The notes below the pieces were generated by a model. The model was not told where the DNA came from. It saw only the letters and a list, made by a program, of their open reading frames with translations, and made no database searches. From Candidatus Zhuqueibacterota bacterium (lineage in GTDB: Bacteria; Zhuqueibacterota; Zhuqueibacteria; Thermofontimicrobiales; Thermofontimicrobiaceae), in contig JBMOPW010000013.1 of assembly GCA_049322915.1 (NCBI GenBank), positions 1-64,000 on the forward strand: a DNA stretch of 64,000 nucleotides. Reading direction: 5' to 3'. This document shows positions 29,192-40,161 of the stretch, in pieces. The position numbers and the translations under genes are program-made. Positions within the stretch are counted from its first letter, which is position 1; every line of letters begins with the position of its first letter.

Positions 29192-31020
29192 TCAACAGTC
29201 ACGCTTTTTGCCAGGTTGCGCGGTTGATCCACATCGCAGCCCCGGTTCACGGCAATAAAGTATGCGAGTAGTTGTAACGGAATAATTGTTAGAATCGGTG
29301 TTAGAAATTCCAGAGTTGAAGGGATATAAATTGTGTGATCCACTTTTGATTGAATGAAATCATCCCCCTCGGTCGCGATGGCAATCAACTTACCTCTGCG
29401 CGCCCGCACTTCTTCGATATTGCTGATAATTTTCTCGTAGGTCGAATCTTTGGTCGCAATGAAAACCACCGGCATATTCTGATCAATCAGCGCGATGGGG
29501 CCGTGTTTCATCTCCGCTGCCGGGTACCCTTCCGCATGAATATATGAAATTTCTTTCAGCTTCAATGCGCCTTCCAGGGCAACCGGGAAATTGTACCCGC
29601 GACCCAGATACAGGAAATTCGGTTTGTTAGCGTACTGCCCGGCGATTTCTTCTATCTCCCGGTGCTTATCGAGAATTCTCTGAATCTTGTCAGGCAGCAT
29701 TTTCATTTCCTGCACAATTTCACGACCTTTGCTCGCGGACATGGAACTCATGCGCGCCAGCAACAGCGTCATCAACGCCAGGACAGTCACCTGGGAGGTG
29801 AAGGCCTTTGTCGAAGCAACACCGATCTCCGGCCCGGCATGCAGGTAAATGCCGGCATCGCTCTCCCGGGCGATTGTGGAGCCGACGACATTGCAAATTC
29901 CCAATACCTTTGCCTTTTTGCGTTGCGCTTCGCGCATGGCGGCGAGGGTATCTGCCGTCTCCCCGGACTGGCTGATGACGGTCACAACCGTATCGCGGTC
30001 GATGATGGGATCGCGATAGCGAAATTCCGAGGCATACTCCACCTCCACCGGGATGCGGACGTATTCCTCAACCATGTATTCGCCGATGAGCGCCGCATGC
30101 CACGACGTACCGCATGCTGAAAACAGCACCCTTCGGGCGTACAGGAGTGATTCCAGTTCGTGCACGATGCCGCCTAACCGAGCTGTGCCCTCCTCTTCCA
30201 GCAGGCGTCCTCGCATGGAATCGTACACCGTCTGCGGTTGCTCCATAATTTCTTTGAGCATGAAATGGGCATAACCGCCTTTTTCGATCTTTTCCAGATC
30301 GTAGGCAATTTTCTCCACGCGTTTTTCCACGGTGCGATCATCGATGGTTTTGATGACCATATTCTTGCGATGGATGATGGCCATTTCATTGTCATCCAGA
30401 TAGCTGACACGTTGCGTATGGCCGACGATGGCCGCTGTATCGGACCCGACAAAATATTCATTCTCGCCGATCCCGATGACGATGGGGCTGCCTTTTCGCG
30501 CGGTGATGAGCATATCCGGTTCGTCAGTGCAAATGACAGCGATGCCGTATGTGCCCTTGATGTTCAGCAGCGCTTCGCGCACGGCCTTTTCCAAAGAACC
30601 ATTGTTTTTATAATATTCTTCAATCAGGTGAACGAGCGCCTCGGTGTCGGTTTCAGTCTTGAATTTGTGCCCTTTGGCCTGCAATTCCTTTTTCAGCGAG
30701 GCGTAGTTTTCAATGATGCCGTTGTGAATGATTGCCAGCCTGCCGGTGCAGTCGTCATGGGGATGAGCATTTTGTTCATTGGGTTCGCCGTGAGTTGCCC
30801 AACGTGTATGTCCGATACCCAGCGTGCCTGGTAATCTGCTGCAGTCCAAAGCCGTTTCCAGTTCGCTGATTTTGCCTTTTTTCTTGTGAATGATCAGTTT
30901 CTCACTGGCGATGGTCGAAATACCGGCCGAGTCGTACCCGCGATATTCCAGCCGTTTCAATCCTTCAAATAAAATTGGTGCCGCTTCACGATCTCCAATA
31001 TAGCCTACGATTCCACACAT
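29188..31020 (-). CDS. glmS: glutamine-fructose-6-phosphate transaminase
   Basis: MCGIVG start, GHTRWATHG, SQSGETADT, C-terminal PRNLAKSVTVE. Confidence 0.98.
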   Translation of the reverse strand: MCGIVGYIGDREAAPILFEGLKRLEYRGYDSAGISTIASEKLIIHKKKGKISELETALDCSRLPGTLGIGHTRWATHGEPNEQNAHPHDDCTGRLAIIHNGIIENYASLKKELQAKGHKFKTETDTEALVHLIEEYYKNNGSLEKAVREALLNIKGTYGIAVICTDEPDMLITARKGSPIVIGIGENEYFVGSDTAAIVGHTQRVSYLDDNEMAIIHRKNMVIKTIDDRTVEKRVEKIAYDLEKIEKGGYAHFMLKEIMEQPQTVYDSMRGRLLEEEGTARLGGIVHELESLLYARRVLFSACGTSWHAALIGEYMVEEYVRIPVEVEYASEFRYRDPIIDRDTVVTVISQSGETADTLAAMREAQRKKAKVLGICNVVGSTIARESDAGIYLHAGPEIGVASTKAFTSQVTVLALMTLLLARMSSMSASKGREIVQEMKMLPDKIQRILDKHREIEEIAGQYANKPNFLYLGRGYNFPVALEGALKLKEISYIHAEGYPAAEMKHGPIALIDQNMPVVFIATKDSTYEKIISNIEEVRARRGKLIAIATEGDDFIQSKVDHTIYIPSTLEFLTPILTIIPLQLLAYFIAVNRGCDVDQPRNLAKSVTVE

Positions 31021-31193
31021 ATCAACACCCCTTCTCTTTTCCCTAAGACTGTTTTGAAGTCTAATAACTTAAGAATTAATTCACTCAAATGCAAGCCAAT
31101 TTTCTGAAGTGAACAAAAGCTAAAATTTGATCCGACCCTCGCTTTCTCAATTTCATTGTCCACGCCCGGTTGAAACACAGCCCGCCGATTCCG

Positions 31194-32747
31194 TCATTCC
31201 CATTCAATGGTTCCCGGCGGTTTGGAGCTGATATCATAGACGACCCGGTTCACCCCCTTCACTTCATTGATGATGCGATTCGCCACGCGGCCTAAAAAAT
31301 CAGCGGGGAGTTTGGCCCAATCGGCGGTCATGGCATCTTCGCTGGTGACTGCGCGCAGGGCGACGACCGATTCATACGTGCGCTCATCTCCCATAACGCC
31401 CACAGTCTGCACCGGCAGTAAAACGGCGAATGCCTGCCACACCTGATGATACAGCCCGCTCTCCAGTAATTCGTGGATGAAAATCCTGTCCGCATGTCGA
31501 ACAATGGCGAGCCTGTCTTTATTAATATCGCCCAAAATTCGAACTGCTAAACCCGGTCCCGGAAAAGGATGGCGCGATACCAGCATTTCCGGGAGATGCA
31601 GTTCGCGACCCACATTTCGCACTTCGTCCTTGAACAACTCCCGCAGCGGCTCGATCAATTTCAGGTTCATCTTCTCCGGCAGGCCGCCGACATTATGGTG
31701 ACTCTTGATCACCGCCGAAGGTCCTTTCACTGAGACACTTTCAATGACGTCCGGGTACAGGGTGCCCTGAACAAGGAACTCAGCGCCGTTGATTTCCCGC
31801 GCCACCCGCTCGAAAGTCTGTATGAATTCATCCCCAATAATTTTTCGCTTTTTCTCCGGATCCACCACGCCGCTCAAACGCCGCAGAAAATTTTCGCTGG
31901 CGTCTTCGTAGCGGAAATTCATTTTGAACTGATTCTGGAACACTGCCTGCACCTGCTCCGCTTCGTCGCTGCGCAGCAGTCCGTTATTTACGAAAACGCA
32001 GGTAAGCTGGTCGCCGATGGCCTCATGCACCAGCACCGCCGCCACCGATGAATCCACTCCGCCGGACAGTCCGCAAATGACATGCTTCGTCCCGACGATC
32101 TCCCGAATGGCGCGGATGGATTCATGGATGAAAGACTTGGGCGACCACAGTCCGTGGCAGCCGGCAATATTGTAGATGAAATTCCGGATAAACTGGTCGC
32201 CCCGGTCTGTATGGGCGACCTCAGGGTGAAACTGAAGACCATAAATATTCCGCGTCCGATGTCTGATAATGCCGTACGGTGAATTTGCCGTCGCTCCCAG
32301 CACGACAAAATCGGCTGGCAGCTTTTCGACGCGGTCGCCGTGACTCATCCACACCTTCGCGGTCGAGCCGATGTTTTCCAGCAGGGGGTCGTTGCGCGTG
32401 ATGTTCAACAAGGCATGGCCGTATTCGCGGTGATCGGCGCGCGTCACTTCGCCACCCATGAGATGGCTCAGCAATTGCAAACCATAGCAGATCCCCAGAA
32501 TCGGAATACCCATTTCCAGAATGGCGGTGTCTACCTTCGGCGCATCATTGGCATAGACCGAAGAAGGTCCGCCGGACAGGACAATGCCGCGCGGGGCGAT
32601 CTTTTTAATCTCATCGCTGGAAATAGTGAAAGGTTTGATTTCCGAATACACGCCCTGCTCGCGGATTCGCCGGGCAATGAGCTGCGTGTACTGAGAGCCG
32701 AAATCCAGAATTAAAATGCGTTCATCGTGAATTGCAGTCGTGGTCAC
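31194..32747 (-). CDS. guaA: GMP synthase (glutamine-hydrolysing)
   Basis: [40 protein letters not shown]; start uncertain (GTG 32747). Confidence 0.97.
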   Translation of the reverse strand: MTTTAIHDERILILDFGSQYTQLIARRIREQGVYSEIKPFTISSDEIKKIAPRGIVLSGGPSSVYANDAPKVDTAILEMGIPILGICYGLQLLSHLMGGEVTRADHREYGHALLNITRNDPLLENIGSTAKVWMSHGDRVEKLPADFVVLGATANSPYGIIRHRTRNIYGLQFHPEVAHTDRGDQFIRNFIYNIAGCHGLWSPKSFIHESIRAIREIVGTKHVICGLSGGVDSSVAAVLVHEAIGDQLTCVFVNNGLLRSDEAEQVQAVFQNQFKMNFRYEDASENFLRRLSGVVDPEKKRKIIGDEFIQTFERVAREINGAEFLVQGTLYPDVIESVSVKGPSAVIKSHHNVGGLPEKMNLKLIEPLRELFKDEVRNVGRELHLPEMLVSRHPFPGPGLAVRILGDINKDRLAIVRHADRIFIHELLESGLYHQVWQAFAVLLPVQTVGVMGDERTYESVVALRAVTSEDAMTADWAKLPADFLGRVANRIINEVKGVNRVVYDISSKPPGTIEWE

Positions 32748-32951
32748 GTTGGTATCCTCTGGTGAATTGTGAAACAAGAGATGAAGTCACTCCCTCGTCC
32801 TGTCCGTTGGGATGCATCATTCTCCCGCGGCGATCGTGCAGCGCAGTCGATTGATGTTCCGTCCGCAATTGGCGCGGGAATCACAAGGACAGGGTTGGTT
32901 TAACGAATGATGAAGCAGGGCAGGAAGAGATTCTACGGGTGCCGGTGAGCC

Positions 32952-33710
32952 TTATTTAGTAATTCCCCACCCTTTCAAATCGTCTAAAAAGCTGTAATTC
33001 GTCAGGTCGAAATGGACCGGGGTTATGGAAATCTTGTTATCCAGAATCGCGCGGTCATCCACGTCCGGATCGGTCTCCAGTTCCACCTTTTGGCCGGTGA
33101 GCCAGTAGTAAACCCGTCGATGGGGATCGACGCGCTTATCGAATTCTTCCTGATACATGGCGCATCCCTGTCGCGTAATTTGAACGCCCTGAATTTCGTC
33201 TTCGGAGTCCACAGCCGGCACATTCACATTCAATAGCGTCCCTTTGGGGAGCCTGTTTTTCAAAATGATTTTGGACAATTTGCCGGCGAACTTCGCGGCC
33301 ACATCAAATTTCGGCTTCACGAACGTCGTCAGCGAAATGGCAAATGAAGGAATGTCGAGGAACATGCCCTCCGTGGCAGCGGACACTGTTCCCGAATAGA
33401 TGATATTGATCCCGGTATTCGAGCCCAGATTGATCCCTGAAATCAGAATATCCGGTTTGATTCCCAGCGCCCAGCAGGCAATTTTGACGCAATCCGCCGG
33501 CGTGCCATTGACGGCGTAGCCGAAAAATTCATCGCTCTTTTTGAAATCAACCACCCGAAGCGGATCGGACAGGGTGATGGCATGTCCCACAGCGCTTTTT
33601 TCACTATCAGGGGCAACGACAAACACCTCGCCGTGTTTTATCATTTCCTTGTGAAGTGCGGACAGCCCCGGCGCGTTAATGCCATCGTCATTCGTCAACA
33701 GTATTTTCAT
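32952..33710 (-). CDS. surE: 5'/3'-nucleotidase SurE
   Basis: ILLTNDDG, GTPADCV, SGINLG and YSGTV. Confidence 0.96.
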   Translation of the reverse strand: MKILLTNDDGINAPGLSALHKEMIKHGEVFVVAPDSEKSAVGHAITLSDPLRVVDFKKSDEFFGYAVNGTPADCVKIACWALGIKPDILISGINLGSNTGINIIYSGTVSAATEGMFLDIPSFAISLTTFVKPKFDVAAKFAGKLSKIILKNRLPKGTLLNVNVPAVDSEDEIQGVQITRQGCAMYQEEFDKRVDPHRRVYYWLTGQKVELETDPDVDDRAILDNKISITPVHFDLTNYSFLDDLKGWGITK

Positions 33711-34635
33711 CGTTTTCTGAACTTTCACTATAGTCTATATTATCGTCATTTTCAGTCATATTAACACTGTCAATTTCCCCACCGTCCTCCTCTTTTTCAA
33801 TGCCAAAAAATTCCAGCATGGCGGAGAGCTTTTCTTTCATCTCACTGCGGGGCACAATGATATCGACAAATCCGTGCTGAAGCAGGAATTCCGCGCGCTG
33901 AAACCCCTCCGGCAAATCCTGACCGATCGTCTGTTTGATGACGCGTTCACCGGCAAAACCGATCAACGCGCCGGGCTCCGCAATATTCACATCGCCCAGC
34001 ATGGCGTAGCTTGCGGACACGCCGCCAGTGGTGGGATTTGTGAGAATAGAAATATAGGGCAGGCCATGATCCGATAGTTTGGCCAAAAACGCCGATGTCT
34101 TGGCCATCTGCATCAGGGACAGGGCGCCCTCCATCATGCGCGCGCCGCCGGAGGCCGAGATGATGATGATCGGGCATTTTTTCTCAATCGCCAATTCCGT
34201 GGCCCGGGCAATCTTCTCCCCCACGACAGAGCCCATGCTGCCGCCAATGAAGGAAAAGTCCATGACGCACAGTACGACATTTCTGTTCTCGATTCGACCG
34301 GTGCCGGTGAGTATCGCCTCGTTCACACCGCTCTTTTTAATGGCGTCTTTCAAGCGTTCATTATACCGCTTCTTGTCTTTGAATTTCAGAAAATCGACAG
34401 ACTTGATGTGAGCATTGAACTCATTAAATTTGCCGCCATCGAGCAACAGCTTAATGTACATCCGGGCGCTCATTTTGAAATGATAGCCGCAGCTACGGCA
34501 CACTGACAGATTTTTATCCAATTCCCGTTTATAAATAACCTCATTGCATTTTTCGCATTTCAGCCAGAGACCATCCGGCAAATCCTTCTTCTGTTGCGGG
34601 GCTAGCCCTAACGAATCTCGTTTAAACCAGGCCAT
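33688..34635 (-). CDS. accD: acetyl-CoA carboxylase carboxyltransferase beta subunit
   Basis: CxxC..CxxC zinc finger, GGSMGSVVGEK, SGGARM, GFQRAEFL. Confidence 0.96.
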   Translation of the reverse strand: MAWFKRDSLGLAPQQKKDLPDGLWLKCEKCNEVIYKRELDKNLSVCRSCGYHFKMSARMYIKLLLDGGKFNEFNAHIKSVDFLKFKDKKRYNERLKDAIKKSGVNEAILTGTGRIENRNVVLCVMDFSFIGGSMGSVVGEKIARATELAIEKKCPIIIISASGGARMMEGALSLMQMAKTSAFLAKLSDHGLPYISILTNPTTGGVSASYAMLGDVNIAEPGALIGFAGERVIKQTIGQDLPEGFQRAEFLLQHGFVDIIVPRSEMKEKLSAMLEFFGIEKEEDGGEIDSVNMTENDDNIDYSESSENDENTVDE

Positions 34636-35185
34636 AGGTATTCTCCAAGTTTAAGTTACGGCTCAATAACAGAGCGTCTTCTTTTTCGTTTTCATAATAT
34701 CCTTTTCGGATACCGACAAGTTCGAAATGATATTTTTTATAAAGCGCTATCGCTGATTTGTTGCTCTTTCTCACCTCAAGATACACATACTGCGCGCCCA
34801 ATTCTGAGCCCACCAGCAGCGACAGCCAGAGCATCGTTTCACCGATTTTCTTTTTTCGGAATTCCTGCTGAACCGCCAGATTGCTCAGATGAAATTCATC
34901 GAGCACGAAAAAAGATACGGCGTAAGCGACAACCGCACCGCCGACCAATCCGACCAGCGATATATTGAAATGGCGCCTGTCCAATTTGTATAAAAATCCT
35001 TCCTCTGTCCACGGCGAACTGAATATCTGATGCTCCAGTTGGCATACAGCCGGTACATCGTCGGCAACCATGCGCCGCACATGCAGGGCTGTCCTGTCCA
35101 TCAGTTGAATGTCCAGCCCCTGTTCCACTTGATCGTACCAACTGGCGCAGTTCACATTGGCGGTTAAAAACGGCAGTTCCGGCAT
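34622..35185 (-). CDS. rimI: ribosomal protein S18 alanine N-acetyltransferase
   Basis: FSSPW, LEVRKSN..ALY and RKGYY..EDA; follows tsaB; start uncertain. Confidence 0.85.
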   Translation of the reverse strand: MPELPFLTANVNCASWYDQVEQGLDIQLMDRTALHVRRMVADDVPAVCQLEHQIFSSPWTEEGFLYKLDRRHFNISLVGLVGGAVVAYAVSFFVLDEFHLSNLAVQQEFRKKKIGETMLWLSLLVGSELGAQYVYLEVRKSNKSAIALYKKYHFELVGIRKGYYENEKEDALLLSRNLNLENTYGLV

Positions 35186-35201
35186 GGATTCGTGTCTGAT
35201 C

Positions 35202-35885
35202 TCAGAGTCCAATTTTTTTCTTCGCTTTGAAATCCTTGAGGTAAAATGGCTCCAGCGTATCGATATTTTCCAACTCGCGCCTGGTGGCTTTTTCGTAACC
35301 CAACAGGGCAACGGCATAGCCGGAGGATAAACTGAATTCGGGCGGAGCGATGGTGACCTGTTCAGCCACTTCCCCGCGGATAAAGTCGGATACCCCCTTC
35401 ATGCCGATATTGATCAGCAACGTCCTTTCTTCGATAACCTGATTCAGGTCTTTGAGCGTGATCAGTCGAAACTCTTTACGCCGAACGAGCCTGTTTTCTT
35501 CGAACCGGTACAATGCGGTGTAGGCTTCATCAGCCTGCGCTTTGACGAGGGGACAGATATGCCCTGGCCAGAATCGGGACTGATACGCAAACGCGTCGAG
35601 CGTCGGTACAGAGACGACTGCCGCGCCCGTCGAAAAGGCCAATCCTTTCACGGCAGCCAGTCCGATGCGCAGTCCGGTGAACGAGCCCGGCCCGACAGCA
35701 ATCGCGAGACAATCGATCTGCGCCACCGTCAAATGAGCCTGACCCAGCACCCAATCGATGGAAGGGATCAATTTCTCGGCATGCGCCCGTTTGATATTCG
35801 ACCGAAGTTCAGTGATAAGCGTTTTGTCCTCCGTCACCGCGAGGCTCAGTACTTCAGTCGATGTGTCGATTGCCAGTATTTTCAT
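35202..35885 (-). CDS. tsaB: tRNA threonylcarbamoyladenosine biosynthesis protein TsaB
   Basis: MKILAIDTS and GPGSFTGLRIG. Confidence 0.95.
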   Translation of the reverse strand: MKILAIDTSTEVLSLAVTEDKTLITELRSNIKRAHAEKLIPSIDWVLGQAHLTVAQIDCLAIAVGPGSFTGLRIGLAAVKGLAFSTGAAVVSVPTLDAFAYQSRFWPGHICPLVKAQADEAYTALYRFEENRLVRRKEFRLITLKDLNQVIEERTLLINIGMKGVSDFIRGEVAEQVTIAPPEFSLSSGYAVALLGYEKATRRELENIDTLEPFYLKDFKAKKKIGL

Positions 35886-35938
35886 TCGTCGCGACCGTGC
35901 TCCTGCGTTGCATGCATGATGCGCTCGCCGTTCTTCGC

Positions 35939-36367
35939 TCAGCGCTCCATGCGGATTTTTCGGATGTGTTCCTGACCGGGCTCGAAAGAACCCTCTAAAA
36001 ATATATCGATACGTATCGCCGGCAGCAGCCCGGCAATTCGCTCTGCCCATTCGATCAGGCAGACGCCGTCGCCGTTAAAATATTCTTCGTAACCCAGGTC
36101 GTAAATTTCCCGCTCGGATTCGATCCGATACAGGTCGAAATGGTAGACCGGAAATGTGCCGCTGTACTCATTGATCAGCGTAAAAGTGGGGCTGGATACC
36201 TGCTCGAAACAACCCAGTCCCCGGCAAATGCCCTGCACTGTTCGGGTTTTGCCGCTGCCCAGATCCCCGAAAAAAGCGACGACATCGCCGGGCCGCAGGG
36301 AGCGGCTGATTTTTTCGCCCCAGGCCATTGTCTCGGCGTCGCTGTATGAAACGAACAACTCCACCAT
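35939..36367 (-). CDS. tsaE: tRNA threonylcarbamoyladenosine biosynthesis ATPase TsaE
   Basis: GDLGSGKT, SPTFTL, HFDLYR and IEWAE. Confidence 0.96.
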   Translation of the reverse strand: MVELFVSYSDAETMAWGEKISRSLRPGDVVAFFGDLGSGKTRTVQGICRGLGCFEQVSSPTFTLINEYSGTFPVYHFDLYRIESEREIYDLGYEEYFNGDGVCLIEWAERIAGLLPAIRIDIFLEGSFEPGQEHIRKIRMER

Positions 36368-36374
36368 GCTGCTG

Positions 36375-37934
36375 TTATTTCGCCTCCAGTTTGATGACCG
36401 GCAGGATCATTTCTTCCATCGAGACTCCGCCGTGCTGGAAACTGTCTTTATAATAATTCAAATAATGATGGAAATCGGTTGGGTAAACAAAATAGTAATC
36501 CTCTTTGGCGATGAGGTAATTGGTATTGATGCCGCGCGCCGGCAGCTTGTACTCTTCCGGTTTTTTGATATTGATGGCATACTTGGGATCGCATTTCAGG
36601 CTGCGACCGTATTTGTAGCGCAGATTCGTCGATGTTTCCCGGTCGCCGATCACTTTGGCGCCCCGCATGCTGCGTATGCTGCCGTGATCCGATGTGATGA
36701 TGACAGTTTTGCCGGCCGTGGAAAGCCTTTGTAAAATTTTCAACAAAATGGAGTGCTCGAACCAGGACTGCGTCAGCGACCGAAACGCGGATTCGTCCGG
36801 GGCAATCTCTTTCAGCACTTCAGAATCACTCCGGCTGTGCGCTAAAAAATCGATGAAGTTGAACACAATGGCGAGCAGCGGCGTGCTGGCTAACATCGAA
36901 ATATTTTTCTGCAAATTTTTCGCTTCCTTCGAATCGAGCACCTTGACATATTTGAGCGGCTGAGCCAATTGAATCCGGCGTCGCTCAAGTTGTTTCTCCA
37001 GGAACTGGTGCTCGTAGCGATTGCGGCTGAATTCATCCTCCTCGCCCTTCTCCCACAATTCGGCATGCTCCCGACTCAGTTCCGCCGGAAACAGGCCGGA
37101 AAATATGGCATTGCGCGAATACGGCGTGGCCGTTGGCAAAATGGAAAAATAATAGTCTTTTGAAATTTGATAATAGCTGTACAACAGCGGCTCGAGCGTC
37201 AGCCATTGATCGAGACGGAGATTGTCCATCACGATAAATACAACCGATTTATGTTGTTCCAGGAGCGGAAGAACATGGCGCCGAATGACGTCCGTGGACA
37301 GCAACGGCCGCTCTTCGCTCTCGATCCAGCGGCAATAATTCCGCTCGATGAATTTGCCAAATTCAATATTACAATCGCGCTTCTGGTCGAGCAGCGTCTG
37401 GCGGAGGCCCAGGTCAGGATGGCCGTCCAGTTGCACTTCCCACTCGGTGAGCTGCAAGTAGATATCGACCCAATCCGTCGCCTGCAGCGGATTCATCAGC
37501 CGCCCGGCGATGGTGCTGAATCCCTGCACATAATCCCGCGAAAGTTTTTCGCTCTCAATTTTTTTGATGTCCAAAATCCTCTTGCACGACAACAGAATCT
37601 GGGACGGGTTCACCGGCTTGGTCAGATAATCATCGATCTTGCCACCGATGGCCTGATCCATCAACTGCTCTTCTTCATTCTTGGTAATCATGATCACCGG
37701 CAGCGACGGATTGATCTCCTTGAACCGGGTGAGCGCGGTGAGGCCATCCATGCCGTTGAGCATCTCGTCCAATAAAATCAGATCGAAGCTCTGCTCCTGA
37801 ATCAGCGAGATGGCGTCTTCGGCGTTGGTCACCGGGGTGATGCGATACCCGCGCTCTTCGAGAAACATGATATGCGGCTTCAACAACTCGATTTCATCGT
37901 CAACCCAGAGGATTTGTTTATATGTCTCGGTCAT
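36375..37934 (-). CDS. PorX-like response regulator with PglZ/alkaline-phosphatase domain
   Basis: ILWVDDEIELLKPH receiver; DNLRLDQW, SILPTATPYSRNAIFSG, TSDHG and FQHGGVSMEEM; adjacent to tsaE as in Bacteroidota porX loci. Confidence 0.9.
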   Translation of the reverse strand: MTETYKQILWVDDEIELLKPHIMFLEERGYRITPVTNAEDAISLIQEQSFDLILLDEMLNGMDGLTALTRFKEINPSLPVIMITKNEEEQLMDQAIGGKIDDYLTKPVNPSQILLSCKRILDIKKIESEKLSRDYVQGFSTIAGRLMNPLQATDWVDIYLQLTEWEVQLDGHPDLGLRQTLLDQKRDCNIEFGKFIERNYCRWIESEERPLLSTDVIRRHVLPLLEQHKSVVFIVMDNLRLDQWLTLEPLLYSYYQISKDYYFSILPTATPYSRNAIFSGLFPAELSREHAELWEKGEEDEFSRNRYEHQFLEKQLERRRIQLAQPLKYVKVLDSKEAKNLQKNISMLASTPLLAIVFNFIDFLAHSRSDSEVLKEIAPDESAFRSLTQSWFEHSILLKILQRLSTAGKTVIITSDHGSIRSMRGAKVIGDRETSTNLRYKYGRSLKCDPKYAINIKKPEEYKLPARGINTNYLIAKEDYYFVYPTDFHHYLNYYKDSFQHGGVSMEEMILPVIKLEAK

Positions 37935-37977
37935 GTTTCCTTTCGATGGTTCGTTCGTGCGACTTATAACGCGCAGA

Positions 37978-38006
37978 AAAATAACTATTTTTTAGTTGAA
38001 TGTCAA
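37978..38006 (-). promoter_or_regulatory. sigma70 promoter of the porX-like/tsaE operon
   Basis: minus strand TTGACA-N17-TATTTT. Confidence 0.6.
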
Positions 38007-38087
38007 TAATTTTGATAGAAATATTGATGCGGTCAGTCCGTCGCCTCAAAACGGACGCGCTGCCGGCATCCATTAAACCGCAGCGCA

Positions 38088-38519
38088 TCACGCTGACATC
38101 AGCGCCTGTTCGTATTGCTGAATGGCCTGGACAAAAGCCGGCGGCAGTTTCTTGATCTGACGATTTTTATAATCGAAGCCCGCCATCTTTGTATACCCGC
38201 TGGCAACCAGCAATCCCTGCTCATCGTCCCGAAACATCAGATAGTCCATCATGAATTTCACGCCCTTCAATTCCGAAATCCGCACGTACACAATCAGCCG
38301 ATTGGCCCAGAACACCTCGGCTTTGAAGTCGACATGCGCGCTGCTCATTATCAGACTGGTATCGTCGCCGATATTCATTTCAGAAAAGTTGAACTGAGCC
38401 AGATAGCGCAGACGCGCTTCTTGAAAAATGGACAGGTAGCGGTCGTTGCCCAGATGCCCGCCGTAGTTGATATCCCCGATGGTCACATCCAGTTTAGTTG
38501 AAAATTTGAAGTTTTCCAT
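38088..38519 (-). CDS. acyl-CoA thioesterase (4HBT/hotdog family)
   Basis: DINYGGHLGN..FQEAR motif. Confidence 0.88.
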   Translation of the reverse strand: MENFKFSTKLDVTIGDINYGGHLGNDRYLSIFQEARLRYLAQFNFSEMNIGDDTSLIMSSAHVDFKAEVFWANRLIVYVRISELKGVKFMMDYLMFRDDEQGLLVASGYTKMAGFDYKNRQIKKLPPAFVQAIQQYEQALMSA

Positions 38520-38685
38520 GTGCCTCATTTCCTGGTTTGAAGCATCACCCTGCTTGCGAATCATTCGCACAGACCAATTTCAATTTGGTGAATATACAAA
38601 ATTATAACCATAAATGCCAAGCTAAAATTTCAGAGCTGGCCGGAACAGCAACGCATCACGATGAAAGCAGATTTAAAATTTTCGC

Positions 38686-38713
38686 TTGACTATTGGCAGA
38701 AAAAAACTATATT
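38686..38713 (+). promoter_or_regulatory. sigma70 promoter
   Basis: TTGACT-N16-TATATT. Confidence 0.55.
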
Positions 38714-38841
38714 GTAACATATCTTTATTTCTCCAAATGAAACACCTCGCCGGGTCACAGGTGCGCTTCATATTTACATATTAAAAAGTGATACTATCGA
38801 TTCGACATCACTGATTCATCATCAATCATCAGAGGGAGGGT

Positions 38842-40122
38842 ATGATGAACGCACTGTCTGGATTTGTGGCGGGAATTGTGGGCCTTTTGTTCAGCGCTCA
38901 ATTCGCCATTGCGGGACAGCCGGAAACCGCCACATTCAACAGATCGGTGTCTTTGTGCCAGCGCTATTTAGCCCAGGACGGCTTCGAAAATATTCAGATC
39001 AAAATTGGGCTCGAAAACACAGTCTGGATCTACTACGAAAATCACCGCTACCGCAATGAATTGGCCGCACTCGGCGTTGTGCTTGGCTATGCCGCCGGGT
39101 GTTTCAAAAATGCGGATTCATTCATCCTTGTCCCGCGCCTGCGCCGGGTGGCCATCTGCTACATCACCATCAATCCCAACGACGCGCGCCTGTTCCTTCA
39201 GAACCGGATCACGCCGGACGAGTTCATCGATCTCTGGCGCATTGCGAACACGGAACCAGACCAGCCGCTTCGTGGCTATGAAACACCCTCCATCCGCTCA
39301 TCTTTATTCAATCTCGATTGCAGCGTTCTGCCGGGCGTCAAAACCCAGTTCGCCCGACCCGGCGATCCGGTCCAGATGCAATTCAATTTTCTGGCGAATG
39401 TGACATCCACCATCGCCACAGGCGCTCAACTCTATGGACAGTTGATCACCCCCCTGTACAATGAATTTCAGACCGATGAAAACAATTTCCGAATTGGGTC
39501 TCTGTACATCAATCAGCTTCTCCGGCTGAAATCGGCTACATACATTTCCCTGAGCGCCGGGCTTTTTGAATATTCCTATGCCGGCATTTCGACCATGATG
39601 CAGCGCTATTTTTTCGGCAATCGCGCCAGTCTGTCGGCGCGGTTGGATTATTTCGACAATAGCCTGTTCCGCGATCCGGCGTTTGCGCCGGGCGATGTTC
39701 GGAATCATCGATCGTATCTGGTGCAGGCGCATTATTATTTCGAGCAGGTCGATTTCCGCGCCTCCGTCACCTGGGGCCGATACGCTCTGGGCGACGAAGG
39801 CTGGCGCGTGGATTTGACGCGCACGTTTCACGAACTGGAACTGGGCGTGATGGGCGTGTGGAATGAATCACTGGAATTTTTGACCGGCCTTCACGTCCGC
39901 GTGCCGTTCCCGGTGATACGCCATGCAGCGCCGTCGCGGGTGAGGCTTCGCGGCCCGAATTTCATGGAGTGGAATTACCGCTATCTTCCCTGTTACGATG
40001 GGCAGATCATCGAGTCCGGGGTGGAACACGCCGACATCCTGCGGCAATTTTCGCCGGGGTTCCTGGACGCAAACGCGCACCAGTTGCGCACTGCCCAGCG
40101 ATTTGTGAGAGTGAATCCATGA
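38842..40122 (+). CDS. YjbH-like outer-membrane protein
   Basis: signal peptide; GFENI, YENHRYR and GRYALGDEGWRVDLTRTF motifs; GGGAGG RBS. Confidence 0.65.
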   Translation: MMNALSGFVAGIVGLLFSAQFAIAGQPETATFNRSVSLCQRYLAQDGFENIQIKIGLENTVWIYYENHRYRNELAALGVVLGYAAGCFKNADSFILVPRLRRVAICYITINPNDARLFLQNRITPDEFIDLWRIANTEPDQPLRGYETPSIRSSLFNLDCSVLPGVKTQFARPGDPVQMQFNFLANVTSTIATGAQLYGQLITPLYNEFQTDENNFRIGSLYINQLLRLKSATYISLSAGLFEYSYAGISTMMQRYFFGNRASLSARLDYFDNSLFRDPAFAPGDVRNHRSYLVQAHYYFEQVDFRASVTWGRYALGDEGWRVDLTRTFHELELGVMGVWNESLEFLTGLHVRVPFPVIRHAAPSRVRLRGPNFMEWNYRYLPCYDGQIIESGVEHADILRQFSPGFLDANAHQLRTAQRFVRVNP

Positions 40123-40161
40123 GAAGGAAAAACTGTCCGACTTAACGCAAGGTGACCACCG

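Noticed and set aside
31021..31193. glmS ribozyme upstream of glmS
   Set aside because: No AGCGCC..GACGAGG core is visible; the region is short, AT-rich and promoter-like.
32778..32951. purine riboswitch before guaA
   Set aside because: Consensus three-way junction motifs are not evident.
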